Shown: one piece after another, positions 17,489 to 27,308 of the stretch
How positions within the stretch are numbered: the first letter of the stretch is position 1
Layout of the letters: every line of letters begins with the position of its first letter
Virus record (IMG/VR): IMGVR_UViG_3300032320_002688
Coordinates: 1 to 64,000 of that record
From: a virus
Lineage: Duplodnaviria > Heunggongvirae > Uroviricota > Caudoviricetes
Length of the DNA: 64,000 bases
Strand: one strand, 5' to 3'
The notes under the pieces: model-generated
The model's database searches: none
What the model was told of the DNA's origin: nothing
Seen by the model: only the letters and a program-made list of their open reading frames with translations
Translations under genes and position numbers: made by a program

Positions 17489-18332
17489 TTGTTTTTCTTA
17501 ATCCATCTTCCAATGGTGTAAATTGGAAATGTGTTAAACATGTGTTAATCATTTTTTTCGATATCGAACCTACAAATTGATTAGTATCAAACTTAATACT
17601 ATTAAAGTCATAACCAACTATATCACAAATGGTTTGAGCATAATCTCTAATTGAGTAATCTTGTCCTGAAGACAAGTTACATATTTGTGGAGTCCAAGTT
17701 AATGCTTGTTTTATTATTTTAACAGCGTCATCAATATAAATTAATTCACGTCGTTGGTATCCGTCACCCCATAAAACAACCTCACCACCATTTTGTTTTG
17801 CATCAACTATTTTTCTAATTAAATCAAATATAAAATGTCTATCATCTAATTCATAATTGGGTCCATATAATGTAGAAGGAATAAGGTAGGTATATTGCAT
17901 ACCATATTCGTCATTCATTGCCCTACAACCAATTAATAAATTACGCTTAATGTTACCATATACTTCGTATCCAGGTTCAGCTTCACCTTTCAAATAATTA
18001 AATTCTGTTTTTTCAACATTAGCATCGTAACCACAAGATGAACCAAATGTAATTACTTTAGCATTTGGGAAACAATTTTTCCATCCTTGAAAAAAAGCGT
18101 TATTAATGTCTGTATTAATTAGGAATTGTTCGCCTGAATGGTTCTGACAATAACCACCAGCCGCCGTTTTAACGGCCATATGGATTATATAATCATAATT
18201 TTGTCCGCAATCGAACAATTTACCTTTCATATCGTGGCTATTAGCTACCTCAATATCATATTCAGATTGTAAGGCAGGTACTAATGCTCTACCTACAAAC
18301 CCCGTTCCACCTGTAATTAATATCTTTTTCAT
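17451..18332 (-). CDS. NAD(P)-dependent sugar-nucleotide epimerase/reductase (SDR family)
   Basis: KILITGGTGFVGRAL Rossmann motif; GDP-fucose synthase / dTDP-sugar reductase-like. Confidence 0.65.
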   Translation of the reverse strand: MKKILITGGTGFVGRALVPALQSEYDIEVANSHDMKGKLFDCGQNYDYIIHMAVKTAAGGYCQNHSGEQFLINTDINNAFFQGWKNCFPNAKVITFGSSCGYDANVEKTEFNYLKGEAEPGYEVYGNIKRNLLIGCRAMNDEYGMQYTYLIPSTLYGPNYELDDRHFIFDLIRKIVDAKQNGGEVVLWGDGYQRRELIYIDDAVKIIKQALTWTPQICNLSSGQDYSIRDYAQTICDIVGYDFNSIKFDTNQFVGSISKKMINTCLTHFQFTPLEDGLRKTIEYYVSRSSSSK

Positions 18333-18333
18333 A

Positions 18334-18972
18334 TTAGTCTGTAAGTCGTCCCATTTTTAAATCCACATCACATTTTACACCACACAAATGGGATTCGTTT
18401 CTATAAAATATAGTCATGCCGTTATTACCTTTTTGTGTTTTATGTTTCCACTCTGGATTAACTGCTAACCAGTCATCAACTGCTTTTGATTGATCAGGAA
18501 AACAATCCCAAGGATCCATATCATGTGTTATTATAACACCTGTTGGTGACAATAAAGTAGCATAATTATCAAATTCAAATTTAGTATCTACATAATTATG
18601 GCTTGTATCAGTAAAGAATATATCAACTTTACCTACTAATTCACTTAATTGTGGAAATACTGCTTCAGTAGTACCTTGTTTGAATGTCCAAAAAGGTAAT
18701 TGTTCTCTAAGTTGTTGAAAATTGTGTTTTGACTCTGGTAAGTTTTGGTAGTCAGCCATATCCACATCTACTAGTTTGGCACCTACTTTATAAGCGCCTA
18801 AGGCAAAAGCAGCTCCTGAATGTCCATCTCTAATACCAGCATGAACTATTACTTTTGGTTTAATTGCTTCTACTAACTCTAGTAAGTAAGGTAAATGACC
18901 TGCTATGTCACTTTTACTTCTACTTTTTTTCTCATTAAAGAGATCTTCTAATTGTTCTAAAATATTTTCCAT
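18334..18972 (-). CDS. class I SAM methyltransferase-like (Methyltransf_24/CmcI-like)
   Basis: VIVHAGIRDGHSGAAFALG...DIFFTDTSHNY pattern. Confidence 0.45.
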   Translation of the reverse strand: MENILEQLEDLFNEKKSRSKSDIAGHLPYLLELVEAIKPKVIVHAGIRDGHSGAAFALGAYKVGAKLVDVDMADYQNLPESKHNFQQLREQLPFWTFKQGTTEAVFPQLSELVGKVDIFFTDTSHNYVDTKFEFDNYATLLSPTGVIITHDMDPWDCFPDQSKAVDDWLAVNPEWKHKTQKGNNGMTIFYRNESHLCGVKCDVDLKMGRLTD

Positions 18973-18973
18973 G

Positions 18974-19639
18974 TTATTTAAAAATTACTTTGAATGCTGC
19001 TGGATGATATCGAGTGTCTGAGAACCCTAAGTATTCAACATCCTCAATTTTATCTTCCATTTGGTTTAAAAATTCTTTAAATGCTTTATATTCATGATGT
19101 TCCCAATCAGGATAATTAAAAAATTCATCGAATACTAAAACACATTGTTTACTAAAATATGGTTTCATATTATCAAACACACATTTAGTAGATGAATACA
19201 AGTCAGCATCTAAGTGAAGTAAACTAACTCGTTCAATTTTAGTCTCATTAAGAAACTTAGGTAATGTTTCATCAAACCAACCTATTACTAATTCCATTTT
19301 TTCATTTGGTTCAAATGGAGGAACACCCTGGGTATCAAATTTACCTTTTTCATTATGTTCATTCCATTCTTCAGGCAAACCCTCGAATGAATCAAACCCG
19401 TACACTTTATCTTTTAATGTAGTAAGAAATTCTAATGTTTTGCCACTATATACCCCAAACTCAAACCAATCACCATCAGTATCAGCTTCTTTAGCTGCGC
19501 TCATTAAACAATTAGTATGAGCAACTAAATATCTCATTTTAGGTTTAATATCCTGTTCAAATTCTAAAGGTGTAGCACCTAATATTTTATCTCCTAATGT
19601 CATCTTACAAGTTTGTAAAGTTATTATTTGACGCATCAA
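18974..19639 (-). CDS. TylF/MycF-family sugar O-methyltransferase
   Basis: SLLHLDADLYSSTKCVF matches the TylF LHLDxDLYxST motif. Confidence 0.6.
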   Translation of the reverse strand: MMRQIITLQTCKMTLGDKILGATPLEFEQDIKPKMRYLVAHTNCLMSAAKEADTDGDWFEFGVYSGKTLEFLTTLKDKVYGFDSFEGLPEEWNEHNEKGKFDTQGVPPFEPNEKMELVIGWFDETLPKFLNETKIERVSLLHLDADLYSSTKCVFDNMKPYFSKQCVLVFDEFFNYPDWEHHEYKAFKEFLNQMEDKIEDVEYLGFSDTRYHPAAFKVIFK

Positions 19640-20576
19640 TTATTGGATACGCTTTAAGTAATTCTTGTATTCCGTCTTCTAGTGAATATGATGGTTTCCA
19701 ACCCAATGCTTCTAATTTATCGTTAGAAACTATATAGTTGCGTTTATCTGGGTCTTCATTTATTTCAGACTCAGCTATATAAAAATCAGGAATGAATTGT
19801 TTAATCGTTTCACATAATTCTTTCTTACTGATGTTAGCTGTACTTAAACCAACGTTATATGGTTGGCCTTTCATTGTATTAAAGTTATCAATAGCAAATA
19901 AAAATGCTCCAACTACGTCTCTGATATGAATGAAGTTACGTTTGAAGTGTGATTCGAATAGTACGATGTATTTTTCTTTAAATGCTTTATATGTAAAGTC
20001 ATTTACTAATAAATCTAATCTCATTCTTGGAGACATACCAAACACAGTAGCTAATCTAAGTGTTACAGCGTTACCTCTTTGTAATAATGCTTCTTCAGCT
20101 TTAACTTTAGTAACACCATACAATGAAATAGGTTTCAAAGGTGTTTCTTCAGTACAATAAAGATCAGATTGACCAATACCATAACCACTATTAGTTGTGG
20201 GGTAAATGATTTTTTGATCATCTCTGGTATTACGAGCTAACCATTCAAGTGCTGTTTGGTTTGTATCTTGAGTTAACTCAGGATATTTTTTACAAGCAGG
20301 CATTCCTACTATACAAGCTAAAGGAATAATGATATCTGCTTCTTTAACTAATGGCTCCATCATTTTCCAATCACGAACATCACCTTTGATAAATTTAAAG
20401 TTATCTAAATGACAATATTGAGTTAATGATGTATTTTTATACATCAAATTATCTACAACAGTAACGTCGTAATTTCTGTTTATTAGTGAATCTACTAATA
20501 CGGAGCCAATGTAACCTGCTCCTCCGGTTACTAATACTTTATCCATGTTGTTTAATTTGTTTAATAACATCATCAA
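19605..20576 (-). CDS. NAD-dependent nucleotide-sugar epimerase/dehydratase (SDR)
   Basis: KVLVTGGAGYIGSVLVDSL; catalytic YxxxK region. Confidence 0.7.
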   Translation of the reverse strand: MMMLLNKLNNMDKVLVTGGAGYIGSVLVDSLINRNYDVTVVDNLMYKNTSLTQYCHLDNFKFIKGDVRDWKMMEPLVKEADIIIPLACIVGMPACKKYPELTQDTNQTALEWLARNTRDDQKIIYPTTNSGYGIGQSDLYCTEETPLKPISLYGVTKVKAEEALLQRGNAVTLRLATVFGMSPRMRLDLLVNDFTYKAFKEKYIVLFESHFKRNFIHIRDVVGAFLFAIDNFNTMKGQPYNVGLSTANISKKELCETIKQFIPDFYIAESEINEDPDKRNYIVSNDKLEALGWKPSYSLEDGIQELLKAYPIIDASNNNFTNL

Positions 20577-21141
20577 CGCTAGGTAAAAATGCTTCTACAG
20601 TGTCTTTTAATTCTAATAATTTTGCTGATTTATCTCTTTCAGATAAAATTGGTTTATCAATAGGCCAAGTAATATCTAAAACCGGATCATCCCATCTAAC
20701 AGTAAATTGATTTTCAGAGCCTTTATAGTATTCAGATTGTTTATAACTGAAGATACCAAATTCACTCATTACTAAATGTCCATTAGCACACCCAGCAGGA
20801 ATTAATACTTGACTTCTGTTTTTGTCGTTAATTGGGATTTGAATCCATTTCAAGTAACTTGGAGATTCAGGTCTCATATCGACAACGGTAGCTAACATAC
20901 TACCATACAAGCATTGAACTAATTTCCATGTGTGTTTATCACCATGTAATCCTCTCAATGTGTGTCTAACTGATGTACTAACGTCATCTTGTACCCATCT
21001 AATAGGGGCACCTGCGTTGTACTTAAATACTTCATAAAACTGTTGGTTAAATGTTTCTATATACTCCCCTCTATAGTCATAGTGTTTGAATGGGGTAATA
21101 ATAGCTACATCTTTAATTACATCACTAAATTTATATTCCAT
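20539..21141 (-). CDS. dTDP-4-dehydrorhamnose 3,5-epimerase-like (RmlC cupin)
   Basis: RGLHGDKHTWKLVQCLYGSMLATVVDMRPESPSY...IPAGCANGH matches RmlC conserved blocks. Confidence 0.65.
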   Translation of the reverse strand: MEYKFSDVIKDVAIITPFKHYDYRGEYIETFNQQFYEVFKYNAGAPIRWVQDDVSTSVRHTLRGLHGDKHTWKLVQCLYGSMLATVVDMRPESPSYLKWIQIPINDKNRSQVLIPAGCANGHLVMSEFGIFSYKQSEYYKGSENQFTVRWDDPVLDITWPIDKPILSERDKSAKLLELKDTVEAFLPSVDDVIKQIKQHG

Positions 21142-21896
21142 TATAATTCATTTGGGTTAACAATCGTTGTTCCTTTTCTTTGTACTACATAAGTAGCGCA
21201 TTTGTTAGCATAGTTAATTGCTTTAACAATATCACCTGTTTGGCAAAACTTAACAGCTAAACCAGCTAAAAATGTATCTCCAGCTCCAGTATTATCCTTA
21301 ACGTCTACTTTTTGAACAGGATAAACTTTACCATCATGAATACATCCTTGACTACTTATAGTTACAATAGTTTTATCTAATATTTTTTGTGATACATGTC
21401 CTCTACATTTAGCAAATTCACTTTCGTTTATTTTAATGTAGCTAATTTTATCAGCAAATATATTATTGATTACTTTTTTAGTATCTAAAAATGTTATGTT
21501 AGAATTTTCAGCTATGTAAGTGATATCATCTTCTTCTAAAAATCCTTTACAATAATCACTTATAACAACAGCATCAAATGCTCTAAAATTTATTTTTTCT
21601 AAATCAGTAACTCGAGCTATATGTTCCTCTCCAGTATCAACTCTAACAAACATATGGTTTGTTTTAGAGTCAACATACCTGGTTTTATGTATTTGTTCTT
21701 TATTAGTTAAAGTAGTTACTTCTGCTCCTAATGCCTCAATGTTTCTAACTACATTACCAGCCATACCTGGATATGTAATTGTTTCTGCGGGTACCATTAC
21801 TGGTACTGGAGCATCAGGACACATTCTAAGACATTTACCATAAACGTAAACGTCCATACAACTATCTCCAACTACTAATATTTTAGGTTTTTTCAT
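21141..21896 (-). CDS. PfkB-family sugar kinase, HldE/RfaE domain I-like
   Basis: ILVVGDSCMDVY N-terminus; C-terminal NTGAGDTF anion-hole motif. Confidence 0.7.
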   Translation of the reverse strand: MKKPKILVVGDSCMDVYVYGKCLRMCPDAPVPVMVPAETITYPGMAGNVVRNIEALGAEVTTLTNKEQIHKTRYVDSKTNHMFVRVDTGEEHIARVTDLEKINFRAFDAVVISDYCKGFLEEDDITYIAENSNITFLDTKKVINNIFADKISYIKINESEFAKCRGHVSQKILDKTIVTISSQGCIHDGKVYPVQKVDVKDNTGAGDTFLAGLAVKFCQTGDIVKAINYANKCATYVVQRKGTTIVNPNEL

Positions 21897-21897
21897 A

Positions 21898-22299
21898 TTA
21901 CCAACTAATTTCCCAATCTTTAAAATCGGCTGCTAAACAATCTATTTTATAATCTTTTCTACCACCAACTACTTCTTGAATTTTGTTTTTAGCGGTGTTT
22001 CTAATTCCATTTAAACCATGAGTTAATTCTAGGTTATTACCATCTTTAATTCCCTTACGATAATTTGATTCGTTATGCCAAATGTGTAAGTTCATTTGTG
22101 ATAATACTACAATCGCTCTGATTGTCTCGGCTGTTACTTTTCCATTTTGTTCATCCAACAAGATTTGAATGTCATGTACTATGTCGTTAATTTCTTGAGC
22201 GTATTCATCTTTATGATCAGCAATGAATACCTCTTTGAGTTGACTAATAGATAATCTGTCTACTAGTTCTGATAATGTGGGTAAATATTTTCTTTCCAT
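21898..22299 (-). CDS. hypothetical protein
   Basis: 133-aa ORF. Confidence 0.45.
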   Translation of the reverse strand: MERKYLPTLSELVDRLSISQLKEVFIADHKDEYAQEINDIVHDIQILLDEQNGKVTAETIRAIVVLSQMNLHIWHNESNYRKGIKDGNNLELTHGLNGIRNTAKNKIQEVVGGRKDYKIDCLAADFKDWEISW

Positions 22300-22301
22300 T
22301 C

Positions 22302-23213
22302 TTATAAGTTATTTAATTCTATTAGGGTATCCAAATATTTCTCCAATCGTTTGAAGAAAAATCCTTGTTCTTTAACTAATTCATAGTTGTTCTCTATATA
22401 AGGTAATCTACTATAGTAGTCTTCAGGAGTTAGTTTATTAATAATGTCTACTAATTCATTTTCATCATTAAAATATATAACACCACGTTCGTCGTACCAA
22501 TCACCTATATTAGGAGCACCCCAATAAATTGGTAATGTTTTAGTACCAAAACAATCTAATATTTTATCTGTAAAATAATGTTTGTGTTTTGAATTTTCAA
22601 CGGCTACATGAAACATCTTATGTGTGTTCCATACTTGTTTTTTACCATCACCCTCAATTGGGTTGCCGTTTGGTCCTATTTTTGTTTCGAAGTATCCAGG
22701 TCGTTGTCCTCTTTCTTGGTCAAAGTCATCTAATACTCTCCACCAATTGTTAGGTATCTGTATTTGATCACCTTTAGCTAATATGCGTTGACGTAATTTA
22801 TGTCCGTCTAACATTTCGAGAATACCACTTAAGAAAGTAACCCCAAACTCACGTTCAGGGTTAGTTTCAAATGTGTTTATATAGTTAATATCTAAGTTAG
22901 TTTCACCATGTAAAAATAAACTATAATTAGGAGTATCACCTAATATTTCTTCATCCCAACTTAATACAGCGGAAAATGCGTTATAATTATTTTTTACAAA
23001 TGAATGTAAACCAAATAATTCATTTGGTTCATTCAGTACAATCAAATTAACATCACTATATTCACTCGCATCTCGAGGAACATAATCATTAAATATTGTT
23101 ATTGATTTATTCTTATATTTTTCTAAACAACCTAATTCTCTTTCGTAACGTTCTATAGGTAGATAACTACTATATAGTTTCATAAAACTTATTTTGTTTT
23201 TCTTGTCTATCAA
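22302..23213 (-). CDS. GT10-like (alpha-1,3-fucosyltransferase-motif) glycosyltransferase
   Basis: FHVAVENSKHKHYFTDKILDCF matches the FucT motif FxLxFENSxxxxYxTEK. Confidence 0.5.
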   Translation of the reverse strand: MIDKKNKISFMKLYSSYLPIERYERELGCLEKYKNKSITIFNDYVPRDASEYSDVNLIVLNEPNELFGLHSFVKNNYNAFSAVLSWDEEILGDTPNYSLFLHGETNLDINYINTFETNPEREFGVTFLSGILEMLDGHKLRQRILAKGDQIQIPNNWWRVLDDFDQERGQRPGYFETKIGPNGNPIEGDGKKQVWNTHKMFHVAVENSKHKHYFTDKILDCFGTKTLPIYWGAPNIGDWYDERGVIYFNDENELVDIINKLTPEDYYSRLPYIENNYELVKEQGFFFKRLEKYLDTLIELNNL

Positions 23214-23784
23214 TATCTTTAATATGAGTTAAAGACCATTCTTCTAAGGCCGGTAATTGAGCTGATGTTTTAAATCCGGTTAGGCGTTCATGTACTTTAT
23301 TAATCCATTGAATTTCGGGTTTATTTGCACATATACGTGTTTGATAATCGGGCCAGTTAATCCAACCATTATCATCTACAAACCATCTCCATTTATCAAT
23401 GTGAGCTTGAGTTAAACCATTTACTTTATTAACTCGAGGAACTGCTATTAAATCAACTATACCTTTATTTAATTCTAAAAATTCATGGATGTTTTTAGAA
23501 AAATAATAATTTAATGTTTCATCAGCATCAATAAAGAAAATCCAATCTTTAGTACATAAACTTTTAAGATTATTTTTAAATGTAGCAAAGTCTTTATTTA
23601 ATGGATGGAAATAATTCATTAACTTGTACTTATTAACTACCTCTTTTACTTCATCAGTAGCAGTAATATCCATCTGTACCACTATTTCATCTTCCTCTCT
23701 AATATTTTTTACAAGTTGCTGTAAGAGTTTATCTAATTCCTCATGTTCGTTATGAACAGTAATTGCAAAACTAATAGTAGCCAT
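23170..23784 (-). CDS. GT2-family glycosyltransferase
   Basis: ISFAITVHNE...FFIDADETL (DxD). Confidence 0.5.
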   Translation of the reverse strand: MATISFAITVHNEHEELDKLLQQLVKNIREEDEIVVQMDITATDEVKEVVNKYKLMNYFHPLNKDFATFKNNLKSLCTKDWIFFIDADETLNYYFSKNIHEFLELNKGIVDLIAVPRVNKVNGLTQAHIDKWRWFVDDNGWINWPDYQTRICANKPEIQWINKVHERLTGFKTSAQLPALEEWSLTHIKDIDRQEKQNKFYETI

Positions 23785-23788
23785 AATG

Positions 23789-24250
23789 TTAATTTTGATC
23801 GTTAAATACTCCGATGTATTCTAAAGCATCCATAAAATTAGTTCTTTCAAACAATTTAAGAGACTTCATATCGGTTTTGTGGGTATAATATTCTTCTGTT
23901 CCTGGTTTTTTGAATTTTGCTTTTTCCTCTTCTTCTACTTCAGTCATCAACACACCAGCCCATTTCCATTCTTCCTTGTTTTTACCATAAGCAAAAACAG
24001 TACCTTGGTTTTCAATGTTAACTGATTGAGGGTACCAAACACGTCCTTCACTATCAGTATGTTTTATGTCAACATAAAGATAAGGTAATGATTGATCATA
24101 TTCTTCAAAGTTAAATTCACCTTCTCTAATCAAATCAGATGTTTGATATCCACATCCGAAACAAGCGTAATTTGAATGAAACTCATTAATTGGGGTTTGA
24201 TAGCAAGCATCGCTACCGCATTTGGGACATATTACTAAATTGTCTTCCAT
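23789..24250 (-). CDS. zinc-ribbon protein
   Basis: CPKCGSDACY...CFGCGYQT. Confidence 0.45.
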   Translation of the reverse strand: MEDNLVICPKCGSDACYQTPINEFHSNYACFGCGYQTSDLIREGEFNFEEYDQSLPYLYVDIKHTDSEGRVWYPQSVNIENQGTVFAYGKNKEEWKWAGVLMTEVEEEEKAKFKKPGTEEYYTHKTDMKSLKLFERTNFMDALEYIGVFNDQN

Positions 24251-24304
24251 ACTATATCTAAATTATAAGTGTTATTTGAATAGGTGAATATTACTCCACC
24301 TGTA

Positions 24305-25597
24305 TTATTTTGGTAATTCAATTTTATCTATTTTAGGTAACTTTAATTCTACTTTCTTAGGAACAAATGCTTCAAATATTGTATCTAATTTTTCAGTCAT
24401 TTTTTCTAATGAGAAGTTTTGTTTATTTCTAAATGCTAATTGTTTTGCTTTAGGAAGATATTTTTTATAATTTTCAAATACATCTTTCATTAACCCAATA
24501 GCATATCCTTGATCTACATTAAACCAACCACCTTGTTCTAGTATAAAGTCATTTACTGCTGATTTATCAACTGCTTTTACTTCACCTGGAATTAAATTAG
24601 CAAATTCGGGATCTAAGAAATCTAAATGACCTGACCAACCTGATGCTAATAATGGTTTTTGTGTTAGTGTAAATTCTAATAATGGGCGACCAAATCCTTC
24701 ACCTTTAGTAAATGATAACATTGCTTTTACTTTAGGGTGGTTATATAAGAAGTTCATTTGAGAATCTTCTAATTCACCATGTAATAAATAAATGTTAGGT
24801 AAAGTAGACGTTTTAACTTCACTTTTAATAGCATCTATTTTTTTCAATACTTCCTCTCTATCCATAATAGAAGCAGGACCGTGAGATACTTTTAATATTA
24901 ATCCAGGAGCATTCTTTTTATTTTTAAATGCTTCTAAGAACATTCTAATCATTAATGCTACATTCTTTCTATCTTCACCAAATCCTCCAGGTAACCAATG
25001 ACCTACAAATAAGAAATTAAAATCAGATTCAATTTCATCTAATGCTTCTACTAATTCATCAGCAGGTATTTCATCATCGCTCATTGGAAAGTATTTCTCT
25101 AAATCTGCACCCTCAAATAATACTTGAATTGGTTTTTCTAATACTAATGTACCTTCAGGAGCATTTGTTGTTTTATTTCTTCTTTCAAATTTAGATTCTT
25201 CAAATACTTTTTTAGCATGTTCAGATGATACTAAAGTTAAATTCATTTTATTAATACCTTCAATCCACGTGGGAGCACATATTGTAGTTTCAATACCTGC
25301 TGTAATACCAATATTGTATTTTCCTACTGGTTGAAATTCGTTAGGTACTGTAATTTGAATCCACACATCTGGTTGTGATTGTAATTGTGGTGCTGGGTAG
25401 TAGTTGTCTAATATTTGTTTTTCTTCTGCTATATCTGCATTTAAAGCCCCATAAGGTGTATTACCCCATCGCTGTGGCATGATTTTAATATCATATTTAC
25501 CTGTTTTAAATAGAGCTTTTACTATGTCTCTTGAACGTGCGCCATATCCACTGAATGTATCAATTGGACAGCTAACTATAACTAATGGTTTTGCCAT
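24305..25597 (-). CDS. GT4 (group 1) glycosyltransferase
   Basis: SFTKGEGFGRPLLEFTLTQKPLLAS C-terminal EX7E-type motif. Confidence 0.65.
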   Translation of the reverse strand: MAKPLVIVSCPIDTFSGYGARSRDIVKALFKTGKYDIKIMPQRWGNTPYGALNADIAEEKQILDNYYPAPQLQSQPDVWIQITVPNEFQPVGKYNIGITAGIETTICAPTWIEGINKMNLTLVSSEHAKKVFEESKFERRNKTTNAPEGTLVLEKPIQVLFEGADLEKYFPMSDDEIPADELVEALDEIESDFNFLFVGHWLPGGFGEDRKNVALMIRMFLEAFKNKKNAPGLILKVSHGPASIMDREEVLKKIDAIKSEVKTSTLPNIYLLHGELEDSQMNFLYNHPKVKAMLSFTKGEGFGRPLLEFTLTQKPLLASGWSGHLDFLDPEFANLIPGEVKAVDKSAVNDFILEQGGWFNVDQGYAIGLMKDVFENYKKYLPKAKQLAFRNKQNFSLEKMTEKLDTIFEAFVPKKVELKLPKIDKIELPK

Positions 25598-25600
25598 ATT

Positions 25601-27037
25601 TTAATATACTAATTTGTGACGTAATTTTTTAACTGGATATTTTTCTACTTTGATTAATTCGAATGATTTTCTTGGTTTCCAAGTTGCTAATGTTTGATCA
25701 ATATATTTGATAACATTATTACACATCCAACGGGCAGACATCATAGATTCATCACTAGTAACCCATTTGTGTCCTGACATCCCACGTCTTGCTCTTTCTT
25801 CTTTATTTAAATCAAAACATTCTTTGATTGCATTAGCTAAATCTCTGAAATCAACTCTATCATCCCAAATGTATGGAGTTGGAGGTGAACCTACAAGTGA
25901 TCTATTACTTGGGAATACTGGTATTGCCCATTCACCACACTTTTTATATGTGCCGAAGTGATTTGAACAAAAGTTCTCATCAAATTTAATCCACTCACCA
26001 TTCTCATCTTCAAAACGCATTTGGTCTTGCATACCACCTGTTACGTTAGCAATAATCATCTTTCCAGCCATCATCGCCTCAGTAAGTGACAATCCCCATC
26101 CTTCGTTAGATGAAGGTAAAACACAAACGTCTGATAAATTATAAAGTAAATTAAGTTCCTGAGATGATATTCTATTATTTGAGAACATTACATTTGCTTT
26201 TTCAGTGCATATTAAGTCTTTAACTGCAACTAAATCCGTTCCGTGTTCATCAATTGGTTGAGTATGAAGTACTAAAGCACATTTTGCTGCTTGTTCATCT
26301 GTTAATCCTTCAACAAATGTTTGATATGCAGCAATTAAATCAGAAGTACATTTACGTCTAATATTTCGAGCATTGTAAAAAACAATATACTCATATTCTT
26401 TATCTCCGAAAAGTGACTTTTTAATTTCTTGTAATCTAGTATATTCACTATGCTTAGTATCTACAGGAAAAAATATTTTTTCATTAATACCATGAGGTAC
26501 ATAAGCAACAACTTTATCTTTTGCTTTATCACCTAATACTAATCTATTAATATTTTCTGTTTGTTTACTGATAGCAAGTAATGCATCACATGACTCATAA
26601 TACGGCTCATTATATAATGGAGCAGGTAAGTCATCCCAAATATTTAAATAAATAAATGGTAATTGTTTTCTAAATTCATTTTCAACTTGAAATAACCAAA
26701 TCCAATATCTAGGATCTGTAAAGAAAAAGATAGCATCTGGTTTTTCGGCTGTGATTAATTGTCTAATCAAATCAGCTGTACCATAACCATCAATCGGAAG
26801 AATTTTAACATTAGAATCAGTAATACCCGCGTGCGCGTTAGTATCTTCTGCTACGTCAATAATTTTTCCTTGTTCTGGGTGTTTAATAGCGGCACCAACA
26901 TTAAACCAATTGTATCGGTGTGCCGTTCCGATTACGATTTCTCTTGCCATCGTTGCAATACCAGAATGCATTCTAATATCGTCGCAGAGGAATAAAATCT
27001 TCTTCCTGTCGCTTTGCGGAATGTAACCTTCTTTCAT
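25601..27037 (-). CDS. GT4 (group 1) glycosyltransferase
   Basis: VLPSSNEGWGLSLTEAMMAGKMIIAN. Confidence 0.65.
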   Translation of the reverse strand: MKEGYIPQSDRKKILFLCDDIRMHSGIATMAREIVIGTAHRYNWFNVGAAIKHPEQGKIIDVAEDTNAHAGITDSNVKILPIDGYGTADLIRQLITAEKPDAIFFFTDPRYWIWLFQVENEFRKQLPFIYLNIWDDLPAPLYNEPYYESCDALLAISKQTENINRLVLGDKAKDKVVAYVPHGINEKIFFPVDTKHSEYTRLQEIKKSLFGDKEYEYIVFYNARNIRRKCTSDLIAAYQTFVEGLTDEQAAKCALVLHTQPIDEHGTDLVAVKDLICTEKANVMFSNNRISSQELNLLYNLSDVCVLPSSNEGWGLSLTEAMMAGKMIIANVTGGMQDQMRFEDENGEWIKFDENFCSNHFGTYKKCGEWAIPVFPSNRSLVGSPPTPYIWDDRVDFRDLANAIKECFDLNKEERARRGMSGHKWVTSDESMMSARWMCNNVIKYIDQTLATWKPRKSFELIKVEKYPVKKLRHKLVY

Positions 27038-27057
27038 TAACCTAATTTTTTTGTTTT

Positions 27058-27297
27058 TTAATTATTAACTGGAGTAGCGCTGCCTGTTAAGCTTAAAGTA
27101 CTGTGAGTGTGTATTTGTTTTCTAAAATCTTCGTTTGTAAGATATAGATGCATTGCTCTATCTGTTAATTTTTGAAGTGAAAACTTAGTGCGCACACACG
27201 CAACTTTAAATTCATCAAACAAATGCTCGTGTACTTTAACACTTGTTAATTGTAACTTATTTTTTTCCATAGCCGATTTTGATATAAATATATACAC
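27058..27297 (-). CDS. hypothetical protein
   Basis: 79-aa ORF. Confidence 0.4.
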   Translation of the reverse strand: MYIFISKSAMEKNKLQLTSVKVHEHLFDEFKVACVRTKFSLQKLTDRAMHLYLTNEDFRKQIHTHSTLSLTGSATPVNN

Positions 27298-27308
27298 ATC
27301 TACGAAAA

